NCBI GenBank assembly: GCA_028709105.1
Contig: JAQVYD010000001.1
Coordinates: forward strand, 1-51,314
Reading direction: 5' to 3'
Length of the DNA: 51,314 nucleotides
DNA from: Clostridia bacterium
GTDB lineage: Bacteria; Bacillota; Peptococcia; DRI-13; DTU073
This document shows positions 1 through 8,558 of the stretch, piece by piece. The position numbers and the translations under genes were made by a program. The first letter of the stretch is position 1, and every line of letters begins with the position of its first letter. The notes beneath the pieces are model-generated. The model was given only the letters and a program-made list of their open reading frames with translations. It ran no database searches and had not been told where the DNA came from.

Positions 1-63
1 AACACAATAGTGTAAGTATTTCCCTTTTTCTTCTTTAATTCTTTTATTAAATTTCTCCTCCAT
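1..63 (-). CDS. 5' end of an unidentified CDS that runs off the left edge (MEEKFNKRIKEEKGKYLHYCV...)
   Basis: ATG at 61-63 (minus) lies 6 nt downstream of GGAGGGG (70-76). The frame is open to the window edge. Only 21 codons are visible, so no family call is possible. Confidence 0.4.
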   Translation of the reverse strand, partial: MEEKFNKRIKEEKGKYLHYCV

Positions 64-103
64 GGCTTGCCCCTCCTTTGCATACTTAAAATTATCATAT
101 CAT

Positions 104-133
104 ATACTAGGACTAATTCTGTGAAAAATTCAA
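104..133 (-). promoter_or_regulatory. Putative sigma-A promoter for the left-edge gene (TTGAAT-18 nt-TAGTAT)
   Basis: Minus-strand hexamers at 128-133 (-35) and 104-109 (-10), about 40 nt upstream of the ATG at 63. Confidence 0.3.
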
Positions 134-147
134 AGGAGAACGGGAAA

Positions 148-285
148 ATGCTGGTTACACCCGAAAGCTTCTGGCTATGTGGTCGCCCCCAGGAAATATT
201 ACTCCAAATTAAGGAGTTGCAAAGGACGCATTATTATGTCCGGGAAGTCATTGATTTTTATTATCCTTTAGCCAAGATACGCTAA
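148..285 (+). CDS. Hypothetical 45-aa ORF (MLVTPESFWLCGRPQEILLQIKELQRTHYYVREVIDFYYPLAKIR)
   Basis: The ATG at 148 is preceded by AAAGGAGAA (132-140). I recognise no family. It could be a gene remnant or a chance ORF. Confidence 0.2.
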   Translation: MLVTPESFWLCGRPQEILLQIKELQRTHYYVREVIDFYYPLAKIR

Positions 286-323
286 AATTAGGCACGGATA
301 TTTATAAAGGTAATCTTAATATA

Positions 324-352
324 TAGCAATTTGACTACTATTATGATATAAT
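324..352 (+). promoter_or_regulatory. Putative extended -10 promoter for the HAD gene (TAGCAA-17 nt-TGaTATAAT)
   Basis: Perfect TATAAT at 347-352 with TG at 344-345. The -35 at 324-329 is weak. Confidence 0.35.
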
Positions 353-404
353 GAAAATGATAATATTCAGATAATAACAAATATATAAAAAACGTAGTGC
401 CAAA

Positions 405-1523
405 GTGGAGGTGAATAATGTGACTTTAGTAGAAAAAGCGAGTTTAAAAATGCTTGTTCTTGACCTTGATGGAACAATACTTAATGATCATAAGGAAATT
501 ATTCCGGAAAACTTAAAAGCAATTCAAGAATTAAAAAAGAAAAATCCCAATATTATAATTTGTATTGTGACAGGCAGACCATTTCTGCCATCAATATTTT
601 ATGCCAGAAAAATTGGTGCGGATGTTTTAGCAACAAATGATGGAGGAGCAATTTATTTAAAAGATGATGATAAAAATTATAAATTAGAAAAGGCCTTTTA
701 TATGACAGAAAAAAAATGTTCCGCGATTTTTAACAAAATAAGGGAATACTCTGTAGAAAATCCTGATTTATTTTGGCTTTTCACTACTGATAAAATTAAA
801 TATAATGTGATCATAGGAAATGGGGAAGATTCACTTAAAAAAGCATACAATATATTTTGTCCAGACGAAAAAACAGTTCGTCATGAGGGCGTATTACAGG
901 TTGAAAACTTTGATGATCTAAAAAAATTAGATGGTTTAAGTAAACATATAATAAAAATATATACGTACTTTGGAAAAGAAGATATTGGGAAAAAGCAATA
1001 CCATGAATTTAATGAGTTTTTAGAAAAAGAAAAAGGTAAAATCAATTGCGTTTCAACTCCTCCGTTCTTGAACGCAATTGCACCTTGGGGTATAGATAAA
1101 GGCAACGCTGTTAGACTTATTATAGAAAAATTTGAGGAAATGGGAATACGTATAAAAAGATCCGAGGTAGCAATTGTTGGTAATGATTATAATGATTTAG
1201 CGATGTTGAAATTAGAGGGTTGCCGAAGTTATGGACCATCAAATGCGAGAGAGGAAATAAAAGGTTTAGAGAATGTGCATATACTAAAGCAAAGCAATAA
1301 TGAACCATGGATAAAAGAGTTAATAGAAAATTTTAAAAGCAGAGAGACTATAGGTATAAACAGAGAACAGAAACAATTGAATATTTTTTCTCAACCAGAA
1401 ATTTTGGGAGTAGATAAATGGCTAGCTAAAGCTAAAGCTAATCCCACTATACCTAAAAATTTTACTCCGCAACCCTCAAGGAATCCTTCTTTGAATCGTT
1501 CTCCTTTAGATATAATTAGATAA
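405..1523 (+). CDS. Cof-type HAD-IIB family phosphatase with a C-terminal low-complexity tail
   Basis: HAD motif I LDLDGTIL, motif II VTGR and motif IV GNDYNDLAML, with a large cap insertion. The start is ambiguous: GTG 405, GTG 420 (6 nt after GGAGGTG) or ATG 450. The last ~65 aa are P/N/S/K-rich. Confidence 0.85.
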   Translation: MEVNNVTLVEKASLKMLVLDLDGTILNDHKEIIPENLKAIQELKKKNPNIIICIVTGRPFLPSIFYARKIGADVLATNDGGAIYLKDDDKNYKLEKAFYMTEKKCSAIFNKIREYSVENPDLFWLFTTDKIKYNVIIGNGEDSLKKAYNIFCPDEKTVRHEGVLQVENFDDLKKLDGLSKHIIKIYTYFGKEDIGKKQYHEFNEFLEKEKGKINCVSTPPFLNAIAPWGIDKGNAVRLIIEKFEEMGIRIKRSEVAIVGNDYNDLAMLKLEGCRSYGPSNAREEIKGLENVHILKQSNNEPWIKELIENFKSRETIGINREQKQLNIFSQPEILGVDKWLAKAKANPTIPKNFTPQPSRNPSLNRSPLDIIR

Positions 1524-1538
1524 TATAAAAACTTATAA

Positions 1539-1582
1539 AAAGCATCTTCTTTTTACCCAAACTAGTAAAAAGAAGATGCTTT
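1539..1582. terminator. Bidirectional rho-independent terminator between the convergent HAD gene and spo0A
   Basis: A perfect 17-bp inverted repeat (AAAGCATCTTCTTTTTA / TAAAAAGAAGATGCTTT) with a 10-nt loop. A/T runs flank it on both sides. Confidence 0.8.
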
Positions 1583-1613
1583 ATTTATTGTTTTATTGTA
1601 TTTATTAGTTTAT

Positions 1614-2411
1614 TTAACTAGCTTTACTACCCATTCGCAGCTTATCGGCGATCATGGCAATAAACTCCGAATTGGTGGGTTTCCCGCGTTCAATATTAAT
1701 GGTATAACCGAAAAATTTGGTCATCATATCGACATTACCACGATCCCAAGCTAATTCAATCGCATGACGAATAGCCCGTTCTACCCGGCTTGGTGTTGTC
1801 TCATATTTTTCGGCAATCGTCGGATATAATTCTTTCGTGATTGCACCTAAAAGACTAATCTCATTAATAACTAAAAGAATAGCATCCCGTAAATATTGAT
1901 AGCCCTTAATATGTGCCGGTACACCCATTTGATGGATAATATTGGTGACCTCTAAATCAAGATTCCGAGAACGCACTAATGGCTGTTGATAAACACCTAC
2001 AGTAGAGCAAGGGACACTAACAGTAGTACCGTTAAAAAGCTGACGGATACGATTAGATAAGGTATCTAAGTCAAAAGGTTTAAGAATAAAATAGTCAGCT
2101 CCTAATTGAACTGCTCTTTGGGCCATCGATTCATGACCAAAAGCTGTTAACATAATTGTTTTAGGGCGGGTATCAACATAATCTGATTCTGCCAATTTTT
2201 CCAAGACACCTAGTCCATCTAAATGGGGCATAATAATATCCAATAATACTACATCAGGGGATTCGCTAGAAATTAAATCAAGTGTCTCCAATCCATTGTA
2301 AGCTTTGCCGACAACTAATATATCATCCAGTCTTTCAAAATATTCCTCTAAAATATCCACAAAGTCTTTGTTGTCATCGGCAATAAGTACTTTTAATTTT
2401 TCTTTTAACAT
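1614..2411 (-). CDS. spo0A: Sporulation master response regulator Spo0A
   Basis: Receiver domain ([15 protein letters not shown]) plus the Spo0A-specific C-terminal signature [12 protein letters not shown]. Start re-set to the ATG at 2409-2411 behind AAGGAGGAG. The track's extra 15 codons lack an SD. Confidence 0.95.
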   Translation of the reverse strand: MLKEKLKVLIADDNKDFVDILEEYFERLDDILVVGKAYNGLETLDLISSESPDVVLLDIIMPHLDGLGVLEKLAESDYVDTRPKTIMLTAFGHESMAQRAVQLGADYFILKPFDLDTLSNRIRQLFNGTTVSVPCSTVGVYQQPLVRSRNLDLEVTNIIHQMGVPAHIKGYQYLRDAILLVINEISLLGAITKELYPTIAEKYETTPSRVERAIRHAIELAWDRGNVDMMTKFFGYTINIERGKPTNSEFIAMIADKLRMGSKAS

Positions 2412-2453
2412 CTTTCTCCTCCTTAAAAATTTATTATTGATTAAGCTTATGAA

Positions 2454-2482
2454 CATTTCGACAATTGATTGTTATTTCCTGC
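2454..2482 (-). promoter_or_regulatory. Sigma-H-like promoter overlapping a perfect Spo0A box (TGTCGAA) upstream of spo0A
   Basis: On the minus strand, GCAGGAAAT (2474-2482) is followed by 11 nt and then GTCGAAATG (2454-2462). The 0A box TGTCGAA lies at 2457-2463. Confidence 0.4.
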
Positions 2483-2574
2483 CTCTATTTTCCATATTAT
2501 ATTAAATTACTTTAATTATTTTCTTTTAAATTTTGAGCTATTAAGATTATTTATACTTTTTTCAGCCTTTTTTC

Positions 2575-3924
2575 TTACGAAACAAAATCCTGAGAAGAAA
2601 ATCCCAGGATTTGTTTTTGTTTATTAATAAGACCTGCTTCTAAAAGCATATTCTCTATAAAAACACCATAACCTCTGGAAGGATCATTTACGAAAACATG
2701 GGTAATCGCACCAATCAAGCGACCGTCTTGAATGATTGGACTCCCGCTCATTCCTTGAACTATTCCTCCTGTTTCCTTTAATAAATCATGATCATTAATC
2801 CGAATCACCATATTTTTACCATCAGTTCTCCCATAAAGAATTTTTTCGATTATTATCTCGTATTTTTTAATTTCTTGCCCCTGAACCACTGTTAAGATCT
2901 CGGCTTTGCCACTATGCACCTGATTAGCATATAAAACAGGTAAAGAATAATTATATTGAGAATTTGTTAATTCTTTGTGCAAAGTTCCATAGATACCGCA
3001 CTGTTCATTTTTTTCAATATTACCACATTCCGTATCTTTTAAAAACATTCCTATTTTCTCTCCCGGACTCCCTATTCTACCCTTCTGGATATTTTCAATA
3101 TGAGCAGATAATATTTTCCCCTGTCGAATATGCAATTTTTGATTCGTTTCACTATCGGTAATCACATGACCCAGTGCCCCATATTTCTTAGTAAGCGGAT
3201 CCCAAAAGGTCAAAGTTCCTACTCCACCTGCATTATCTCTTACAAATAAACCGATACGATATGATTTAGTTTCATAACAATACTGAGGATAAATAATCTT
3301 CCTTAAAAGCTGTTCTTCTCTCTTGATGGTGAGCAATATCTTTTGATCTGTTTGACAAACATTCTCAACAAGATTGCGAAGCTGCTCATCAGTCAAGACT
3401 TTAATCCCATTGATACTGATAATCACATCTCCTACTTTAATATCTGCATCTCGAGCTGGAAAACATGGTTCATTCTGTTGATTAAGAATAGGAGAATGAC
3501 CAACAACCATTACTCCTTCTGTTCTCAACAGTACTCCGATAGAGTGTCCGCCAGGCATTAAGCGAAGATCTGGCACTACATCTACATTTATTTTTTTTAG
3601 CGGAATCAGACCAAATAGCTTTAATTCCAAACTTACTTGTCCCGGTTTAACAACAATAGGAGAGTTGTCACCTAAAATATATTTTCCCTCTTTAAAATCC
3701 TGTCCTTCCATTGCCAAAAGCTTTTGACCGGCAGAGATATAAATATTAATGGCTTTATGAATTGTTGGAGGAAACTTAAAAAGTATTTCTAGTGGTTCAC
3801 CTACAGAAAGACGCTGTTTTTCTTGTAAATAATAGTAGCCTTGCAACTGAGGAATCATAAAGATAGCCAAAAAAATGAATACTAAAACTAAACCTAGGAT
3901 CTGCCTTTTTTTCTGCCCTAACAA
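2575..3924 (-). CDS. spoIVB: SpoIVB stage IV sporulation signalling serine peptidase (S55)
   Basis: N-terminal TM segment, PDZ region and S55 motifs GTLTFWDP, GALGH and GMSGSPII. TTG start 7 nt after GGAGGA. Confidence 0.9.
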   Translation of the reverse strand: MLGQKKRQILGLVLVFIFLAIFMIPQLQGYYYLQEKQRLSVGEPLEILFKFPPTIHKAINIYISAGQKLLAMEGQDFKEGKYILGDNSPIVVKPGQVSLELKLFGLIPLKKINVDVVPDLRLMPGGHSIGVLLRTEGVMVVGHSPILNQQNEPCFPARDADIKVGDVIISINGIKVLTDEQLRNLVENVCQTDQKILLTIKREEQLLRKIIYPQYCYETKSYRIGLFVRDNAGGVGTLTFWDPLTKKYGALGHVITDSETNQKLHIRQGKILSAHIENIQKGRIGSPGEKIGMFLKDTECGNIEKNEQCGIYGTLHKELTNSQYNYSLPVLYANQVHSGKAEILTVVQGQEIKKYEIIIEKILYGRTDGKNMVIRINDHDLLKETGGIVQGMSGSPIIQDGRLIGAITHVFVNDPSRGYGVFIENMLLEAGLINKQKQILGFSSQDFVS

Positions 3925-4017
3925 TTATTTGTCCTCCTGACTCCGGCAAATCCTCCCTCATTACAAAGATTTATTATATTTTTAAATTAACCTAAAATGA
4001 GCTTTTTTATGTTAGTA

Positions 4018-5688
4018 TTATTTTCTTTTTAAAATTTTACTGGCGTGTTTTTTTAAATCAGCAGAGGGATTTTCTCCCCCTAGCATCCGCGCAAGTTCTT
4101 CTACCCTTTCCTCTTCATCTAATAGCTGAATGATCGTACGCGTCCGTCCTTTCTCTACCTTTTTTTCTAAGAGAAGATGACGATCGGCAATTGCGGCAAC
4201 CAAAGGGGAATGAGTTACACAGATTACCTGTTGACTCTTACTGATCCTTTCTAATTTCTCCGCTACTTTTTGGACCGCTTTTCCCCCAATCCCTGCATCA
4301 ATTTCGTCAAAAACAAGGGTTCCGATCCCATCTGTTTCTGCCATAATTGTTTTTAAAGCCAGCATTATTCTGGAAAGTTCTCCGCCGGAAGCAATTTTAG
4401 CTACCGGCAGCAAAGGTTCGCCCGGATTAGGAGAAATCAAAAACTCAACCTGTTCCAAGCCTTGCGCAGATGGTTCACTGGACAGAAATTTAATGGCAAA
4501 ACGAATATCAGGCATAGCCAGCTCTACCAGTTGAGCAATTACCTTAATCTCCAATGTTTCAGCTAATTTTTTTCTTTTTTGAGACAAGGTCTTGGCTGTA
4601 GTCTCATATTCTTCTAAGTATTTTTTTACTTCTCCCTGTAGTTGCTCTAATCTTTCTGAACTAGAGTGCCATTTTTGCAATTCGGTTTCAACTTTTTGGG
4701 CATGAAGAAGTACATCCTCTATACTCGGTCCATATTTTTTACAAAGATCCTTTAGAAAATGCAAACGGTTTTCACTTTGTTCCAGTCGTGTCGGCGAATA
4801 ATCAATCTCTTCCCGATATTCCCTGATTTGTAAAGCTGTTTCCTCTATTAAATAAAGGGCCGGTTCTAATTGCGCGGCTAAATTTTTCAAGGAAGAATCC
4901 AATTCCTTAAGCTCATGCAGATTGTCTAAAGCTTTACTCAAAAGGTCATAGGCTGCAACGCCTTTTTCTTCACCAAAAAGTTGCTGATAAGCAAGGTAAA
5001 GATTTTCGCTTATTTTTTCCGCATGTACAAGAATCTGCACTTCTTTAGTTAGTTCTTCTAATTCACCCAATTTTATCTTTGCTTGCTTAATTTCTTCCGA
5101 TTGAAAATTCAAATAATCTATTTTTTGTAAACGTTCTTTTTCTGAAGCTCTTAACTCCTCAAGTTCCTTTTTTATGACGAGATACCTTTCATATTTTTCT
5201 TTAACTTCTTGTTTTAATTGCTGATGTGCTAACCCGCCAAACTTATCTAATAAATCTAAATGTTTATCTCCTTGTAAGAGGGTCTGATGAGCATGCTGTC
5301 CATGAAGATCGACAAGAGCTAAACCGAGTTGTTGATATTGTCCTAAAGTAAAAACACGTCCATTAAGGCGACAAACATTTCTGCCATTTAAAGAAATCTC
5401 CCGGCTAAGAACTAATGTGGAATCCTCATCTTCTATCCCCATCTCGTGTAGAAGCTCCCAAACAAAAGGCGAATTCGGAATAAAAAAAGTCCCTTCCAGA
5501 ACAGCTTTTTCAGTTCCCGAACGAATAAATTCCGTCTGAGCTCGTCCACCCAAAAGAAGAGCTAAAGCATCAATAATAATAGACTTACCGGCTCCTGTTT
5601 CACCAGTAAGAACATTAAAATTATCGGAAAAATCTATTGTCAAATCTTCAACTAAAGCAAAATTTTTCACAAACAGATGCTCTAACAT
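4018..5688 (-). CDS. recN: DNA repair protein RecN
   Basis: Walker A GETGAGKS, a long central coiled coil and the SMC-type signature IASGGELSRIMLAL. 556 aa. Confidence 0.95.
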   Translation of the reverse strand: MLEHLFVKNFALVEDLTIDFSDNFNVLTGETGAGKSIIIDALALLLGGRAQTEFIRSGTEKAVLEGTFFIPNSPFVWELLHEMGIEDEDSTLVLSREISLNGRNVCRLNGRVFTLGQYQQLGLALVDLHGQHAHQTLLQGDKHLDLLDKFGGLAHQQLKQEVKEKYERYLVIKKELEELRASEKERLQKIDYLNFQSEEIKQAKIKLGELEELTKEVQILVHAEKISENLYLAYQQLFGEEKGVAAYDLLSKALDNLHELKELDSSLKNLAAQLEPALYLIEETALQIREYREEIDYSPTRLEQSENRLHFLKDLCKKYGPSIEDVLLHAQKVETELQKWHSSSERLEQLQGEVKKYLEEYETTAKTLSQKRKKLAETLEIKVIAQLVELAMPDIRFAIKFLSSEPSAQGLEQVEFLISPNPGEPLLPVAKIASGGELSRIMLALKTIMAETDGIGTLVFDEIDAGIGGKAVQKVAEKLERISKSQQVICVTHSPLVAAIADRHLLLEKKVEKGRTRTIIQLLDEEERVEELARMLGGENPSADLKKHASKILKRK

Positions 5689-5699
5689 TCTTTACACTC

Positions 5700-6152
5700 C
5701 TACTTCATCAAACTTTTTAGTTTGCCAAGAATAACTTCCACTTTCTCCTTTGGTTTAATGACTAAAAGAATTGTATCATCTCCTGCTAATGTGCCAATAA
5801 TTCCCGGCCATTTAGAGCCATCAAGAAGAGAAGCAACTCCATGAGCATTCCCCGGATAAGTCTTGAGTACCACAATGTTTTCACTAAAATCTATCTCGAT
5901 CACAAATTCCTGCATCATCAAACGCAGCCGTTCCTCATTTTGCACCATTTCCTGTTCTTTGGGGAGACTATAGACAGAGACAAAATCTTGCCCGGCGATT
6001 TTAATTAAGCGCAATTCTTTAATATCACGCGAGACGGTAGCCTGAGTTACCTCAAATCCCGTCTTTTTTAAAGCCTCTGCTAATTCTTCTTGTGTGGAGA
6101 TACTGCTATTTTTAATGATTTCCTTTATTTTCCTTTGCCTCAGTGCTTTCAA
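5700..6152 (-). CDS. argR: Arginine repressor ArgR/AhrC
   Basis: Winged-helix motif TQATVSRDIKEL and C-terminal GTLAGDDTILLV. Start re-set to TTG 6150-6152, 6 nt after AAAGGAGGG, giving a typical ~150 aa. Confidence 0.9.
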   Translation of the reverse strand: MKALRQRKIKEIIKNSSISTQEELAEALKKTGFEVTQATVSRDIKELRLIKIAGQDFVSVYSLPKEQEMVQNEERLRLMMQEFVIEIDFSENIVVLKTYPGNAHGVASLLDGSKWPGIIGTLAGDDTILLVIKPKEKVEVILGKLKSLMK

Positions 6153-6199
6153 AAAAAGCCCTCCTTTATTCAACTAAGGTCTTTGTCTCAAGCAAAACA

Positions 6200-6766
6200 T
6201 TAGGACTTATGAAGACATAAAAAACAAGGTGCTTTGACTCTATCCCCATTTACTCTGCTCCACTTCATAACTTGCCAAATGCGTGGAGAAAGTGAAGTTA
6301 AATATTGTTCAAGAAGGTCTGCTTCTTTTTTTCCTCCCGGGTGTCCCGGATAAACAATTAGTGAGATTATTCCTCCCGAACGCAATAATTCCATGCCCTG
6401 TTGTAAAGAAAGAAGTGTTGTTTCTCCCTTCGTAATAATCTCCTTATTTCCTCCCGGTAAGTAACCTAAATTATAAATAATTGCTGCTACCGGTTCCCGT
6501 ACATATTGACTGATCTTTTCATGCCCGTCATGAATAAGGTTCACCTGTTGCAGACAATTGTTTTTTTCTAATAATATTTTCGTCTTTTGCAGAGCATTTT
6601 CTTGAATATCAAAAGCATATACCAAACCTGACGCCCCTACAGCTTGAGCCAAAAAAAGAGTATCATAACCGTTTCCTACCGTGGCATCAATAACGATTTC
6701 CCCACTGCGTAAAAACTTTTCTAATAAAAAATGCGTAAACCCGGTAGCTTTGAGAAAGCTATTCAT
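6200..6766 (-). CDS. mnmM: YtqB/MnmM-type SAM-dependent methyltransferase
   Basis: DATVGNGYDT, YAFDIQ, NLGYLPGG and YPGHPGG motifs are collinear with B. subtilis YtqB. The ATG at 6764-6766 is preferred over the track's TTG at 6784. Overlaps the nadK stop by 8 nt. Confidence 0.8.
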   Translation of the reverse strand: MNSFLKATGFTHFLLEKFLRSGEIVIDATVGNGYDTLFLAQAVGASGLVYAFDIQENALQKTKILLEKNNCLQQVNLIHDGHEKISQYVREPVAAIIYNLGYLPGGNKEIITKGETTLLSLQQGMELLRSGGIISLIVYPGHPGGKKEADLLEQYLTSLSPRIWQVMKWSRVNGDRVKAPCFLCLHKS

Positions 6767-7625
6767 CAAAAACACTACCTTCAAGCTTAATTTTTTCTCT
6801 CAAAACTGTAAAAAACCTTTTTTCTTTAATGCGAATCATACTTGCACAATAAGGCGCCTTAGCAATAATTAGTTCATCTTCACTTTCTAGGGCAAAGCCA
6901 CTTTGTCCATCAATAGTCAGCATTGATTCTGCTTGTTTAACAATCTTCACACAGATCGTTTTGTTAGAGGGCAAAACAATAGGCCGAGCATCAAGGGTAT
7001 GAGCACAAATAGGTGTAAGGATAATTACCTCAATTTCCGGATAAACAATAGGTCCCCCCGCTGATAACGAATACGCTGTAGAACCTGTAGGAGAGGAAAA
7101 GATAACTCCATCAGCTTTATATGTAGTAACATACTCTTCATCAACATAAATCTTTAAAGTGATTAACCTAGCTAATGGCCCTTTATTAATAACAACATCA
7201 TTCAAACCCTGAAAGTTTTTAATTATTTGTCCTTTTCTTCTAATATTTACTTTCAACATCATCCTATTTTCCAGCCAAAATTTCCCTTGAAAAAGTTTTT
7301 CTAGGGCCTCTTCTGTTTCGCCAACTTCGACTTCTGTCAAAAAGCCTAAGGTACCCATATTAATGCCTAAAATAGGTACCCCAAAAGGGGCTACACATCT
7401 AGCTGCTCGCAAAAAGGTGCCATCACCGCCCACAGCGAGTACAAACTGTACTTTTTTACCCAAATTCGAGGTAATAAAAGCCGGTTCTATACCTAAAACA
7501 GCACCTTCTTCTTCCAGAACAAAGACCTTTATGCCCTTTTGTTTAAATTTTTTTATCAACTTTTTTCCCATTAAAATTGGCTGTTGACGACGACAATTAA
7601 GAATTAAACCAAGTGAATCAAACAT
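6759..7625 (-). CDS. nadK: NAD kinase
   Basis: GGDGTFL, NMGTLGFL and SPTGSTAYSLSAGGP motifs. Start re-set to the ATG at 7623-7625, which is preceded by GGAGGA inside ATGGAGGATAAAATG. Confidence 0.9.
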   Translation of the reverse strand: MFDSLGLILNCRRQQPILMGKKLIKKFKQKGIKVFVLEEEGAVLGIEPAFITSNLGKKVQFVLAVGGDGTFLRAARCVAPFGVPILGINMGTLGFLTEVEVGETEEALEKLFQGKFWLENRMMLKVNIRRKGQIIKNFQGLNDVVINKGPLARLITLKIYVDEEYVTTYKADGVIFSSPTGSTAYSLSAGGPIVYPEIEVIILTPICAHTLDARPIVLPSNKTICVKIVKQAESMLTIDGQSGFALESEDELIIAKAPYCASMIRIKEKRFFTVLREKIKLEGSVFDE

Positions 7626-7711
7626 TTTATCCTCCATAAAATAATTTCTCTTTTTTTATGAAGAGCAAACATCGCAGATTTACCCACCTGTTAAGGCTAA
7701 TAACCTCTCTT

Positions 7712-8521
7712 TTATAGTTTCAGATGTGCTTCTGCTACTATTTTCTTTATTTTTTCTTTATCTAGATCCCTTTTCACACAACCGTCTTTTTGTAACCAAA
7801 GCAGAAATTCAATATTCCCTTGCGGACCCTTGATTGGCGAATAAGTTAATCCTTGAACTGTTAAGCCTAAATCCTGACTAAACGTAATAATTTCTCGTAT
7901 AATTTGTTCATGTACAACCTGGTCTTTAACTACCCCTTTTTTGCCTACGTACTCTCTTCCTGCTTCAAATTGTGGTTTAATCAGGGCAAGAAGAGAACCC
8001 CCCTCTTTTAACAATTCACCAAGCTGGGGAATAATTTTTCGCAGTGAAATAAAAGACACATCAATGGTAATGACATCAACAGCTTCAACAATATCTGCGG
8101 AAGATAAATAGCGCGCATTCTTTCTTTCCATAACCACGACCCGAGGATCTTGCCGTAAAGACCATGCTAACTGTCCATAACCTACATCTACTGCATAAAC
8201 CTTTACTGCTCCATTTTTTAAAGCACAATCGGTAAAACCGCCTGTAGAAGCACCGATATCTAGCATAACTTTATCTTGTAAAGCAAAATCAAACTCCTGT
8301 AGTGCTTTGGCTAATTTCAAACCGCCTCTGCTTACATAAGGTAAGAGTTCTCCTTTAATTTCTACAAACGCATCATTATTGACATTGGTACCCGATTTTT
8401 CAACTTTGTTTCCATTTACATAAACTTGTCCTGCCATAATCAGGGCCTTACCTTTTTCACGGCTAGAGACCAGTCCTTTATTTATCAACAATTGATCTAA
8501 GCGATACTTTTCCATAACCAC
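7712..8521 (-). CDS. tlyA: TlyA-family (YqxC) rRNA 2'-O-methyltransferase with S4 domain
   Basis: N-terminal S4-like RLDQLL...SRE plus the FtsJ-type SAM motif DIGASTGGFTD. The start is either GTG 8521 or ATG 8515. Confidence 0.85.
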   Translation of the reverse strand: MVMEKYRLDQLLINKGLVSSREKGKALIMAGQVYVNGNKVEKSGTNVNNDAFVEIKGELLPYVSRGGLKLAKALQEFDFALQDKVMLDIGASTGGFTDCALKNGAVKVYAVDVGYGQLAWSLRQDPRVVVMERKNARYLSSADIVEAVDVITIDVSFISLRKIIPQLGELLKEGGSLLALIKPQFEAGREYVGKKGVVKDQVVHEQIIREIITFSQDLGLTVQGLTYSPIKGPQGNIEFLLWLQKDGCVKRDLDKEKIKKIVAEAHLKL

Positions 8522-8558
8522 TAATACCTATCCTCATATTTTCTACAAGATAGCACCA

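Noticed and set aside
67-285. The 72-aa version of the plus-strand ORF in the ORF track.
   Set aside because: Its N-terminal part overlaps the SD and promoter of the left-edge gene and starts at a non-ATG codon without an SD. Only the ATG-148 version has ribosome-binding support, and even that is low confidence.
134-300. A possible riboswitch or leader RNA in the relatively G/C-richer stretch upstream of the left-edge gene.
   Set aside because: A plausible promoter (104-133) places the TSS downstream of this stretch. I also could not match it by eye to conserved cores of common riboswitch classes (T-box, SAM, TPP, purine, c-di-GMP, ykkC, glycine, cobalamin). A cmsearch would be needed to be certain.
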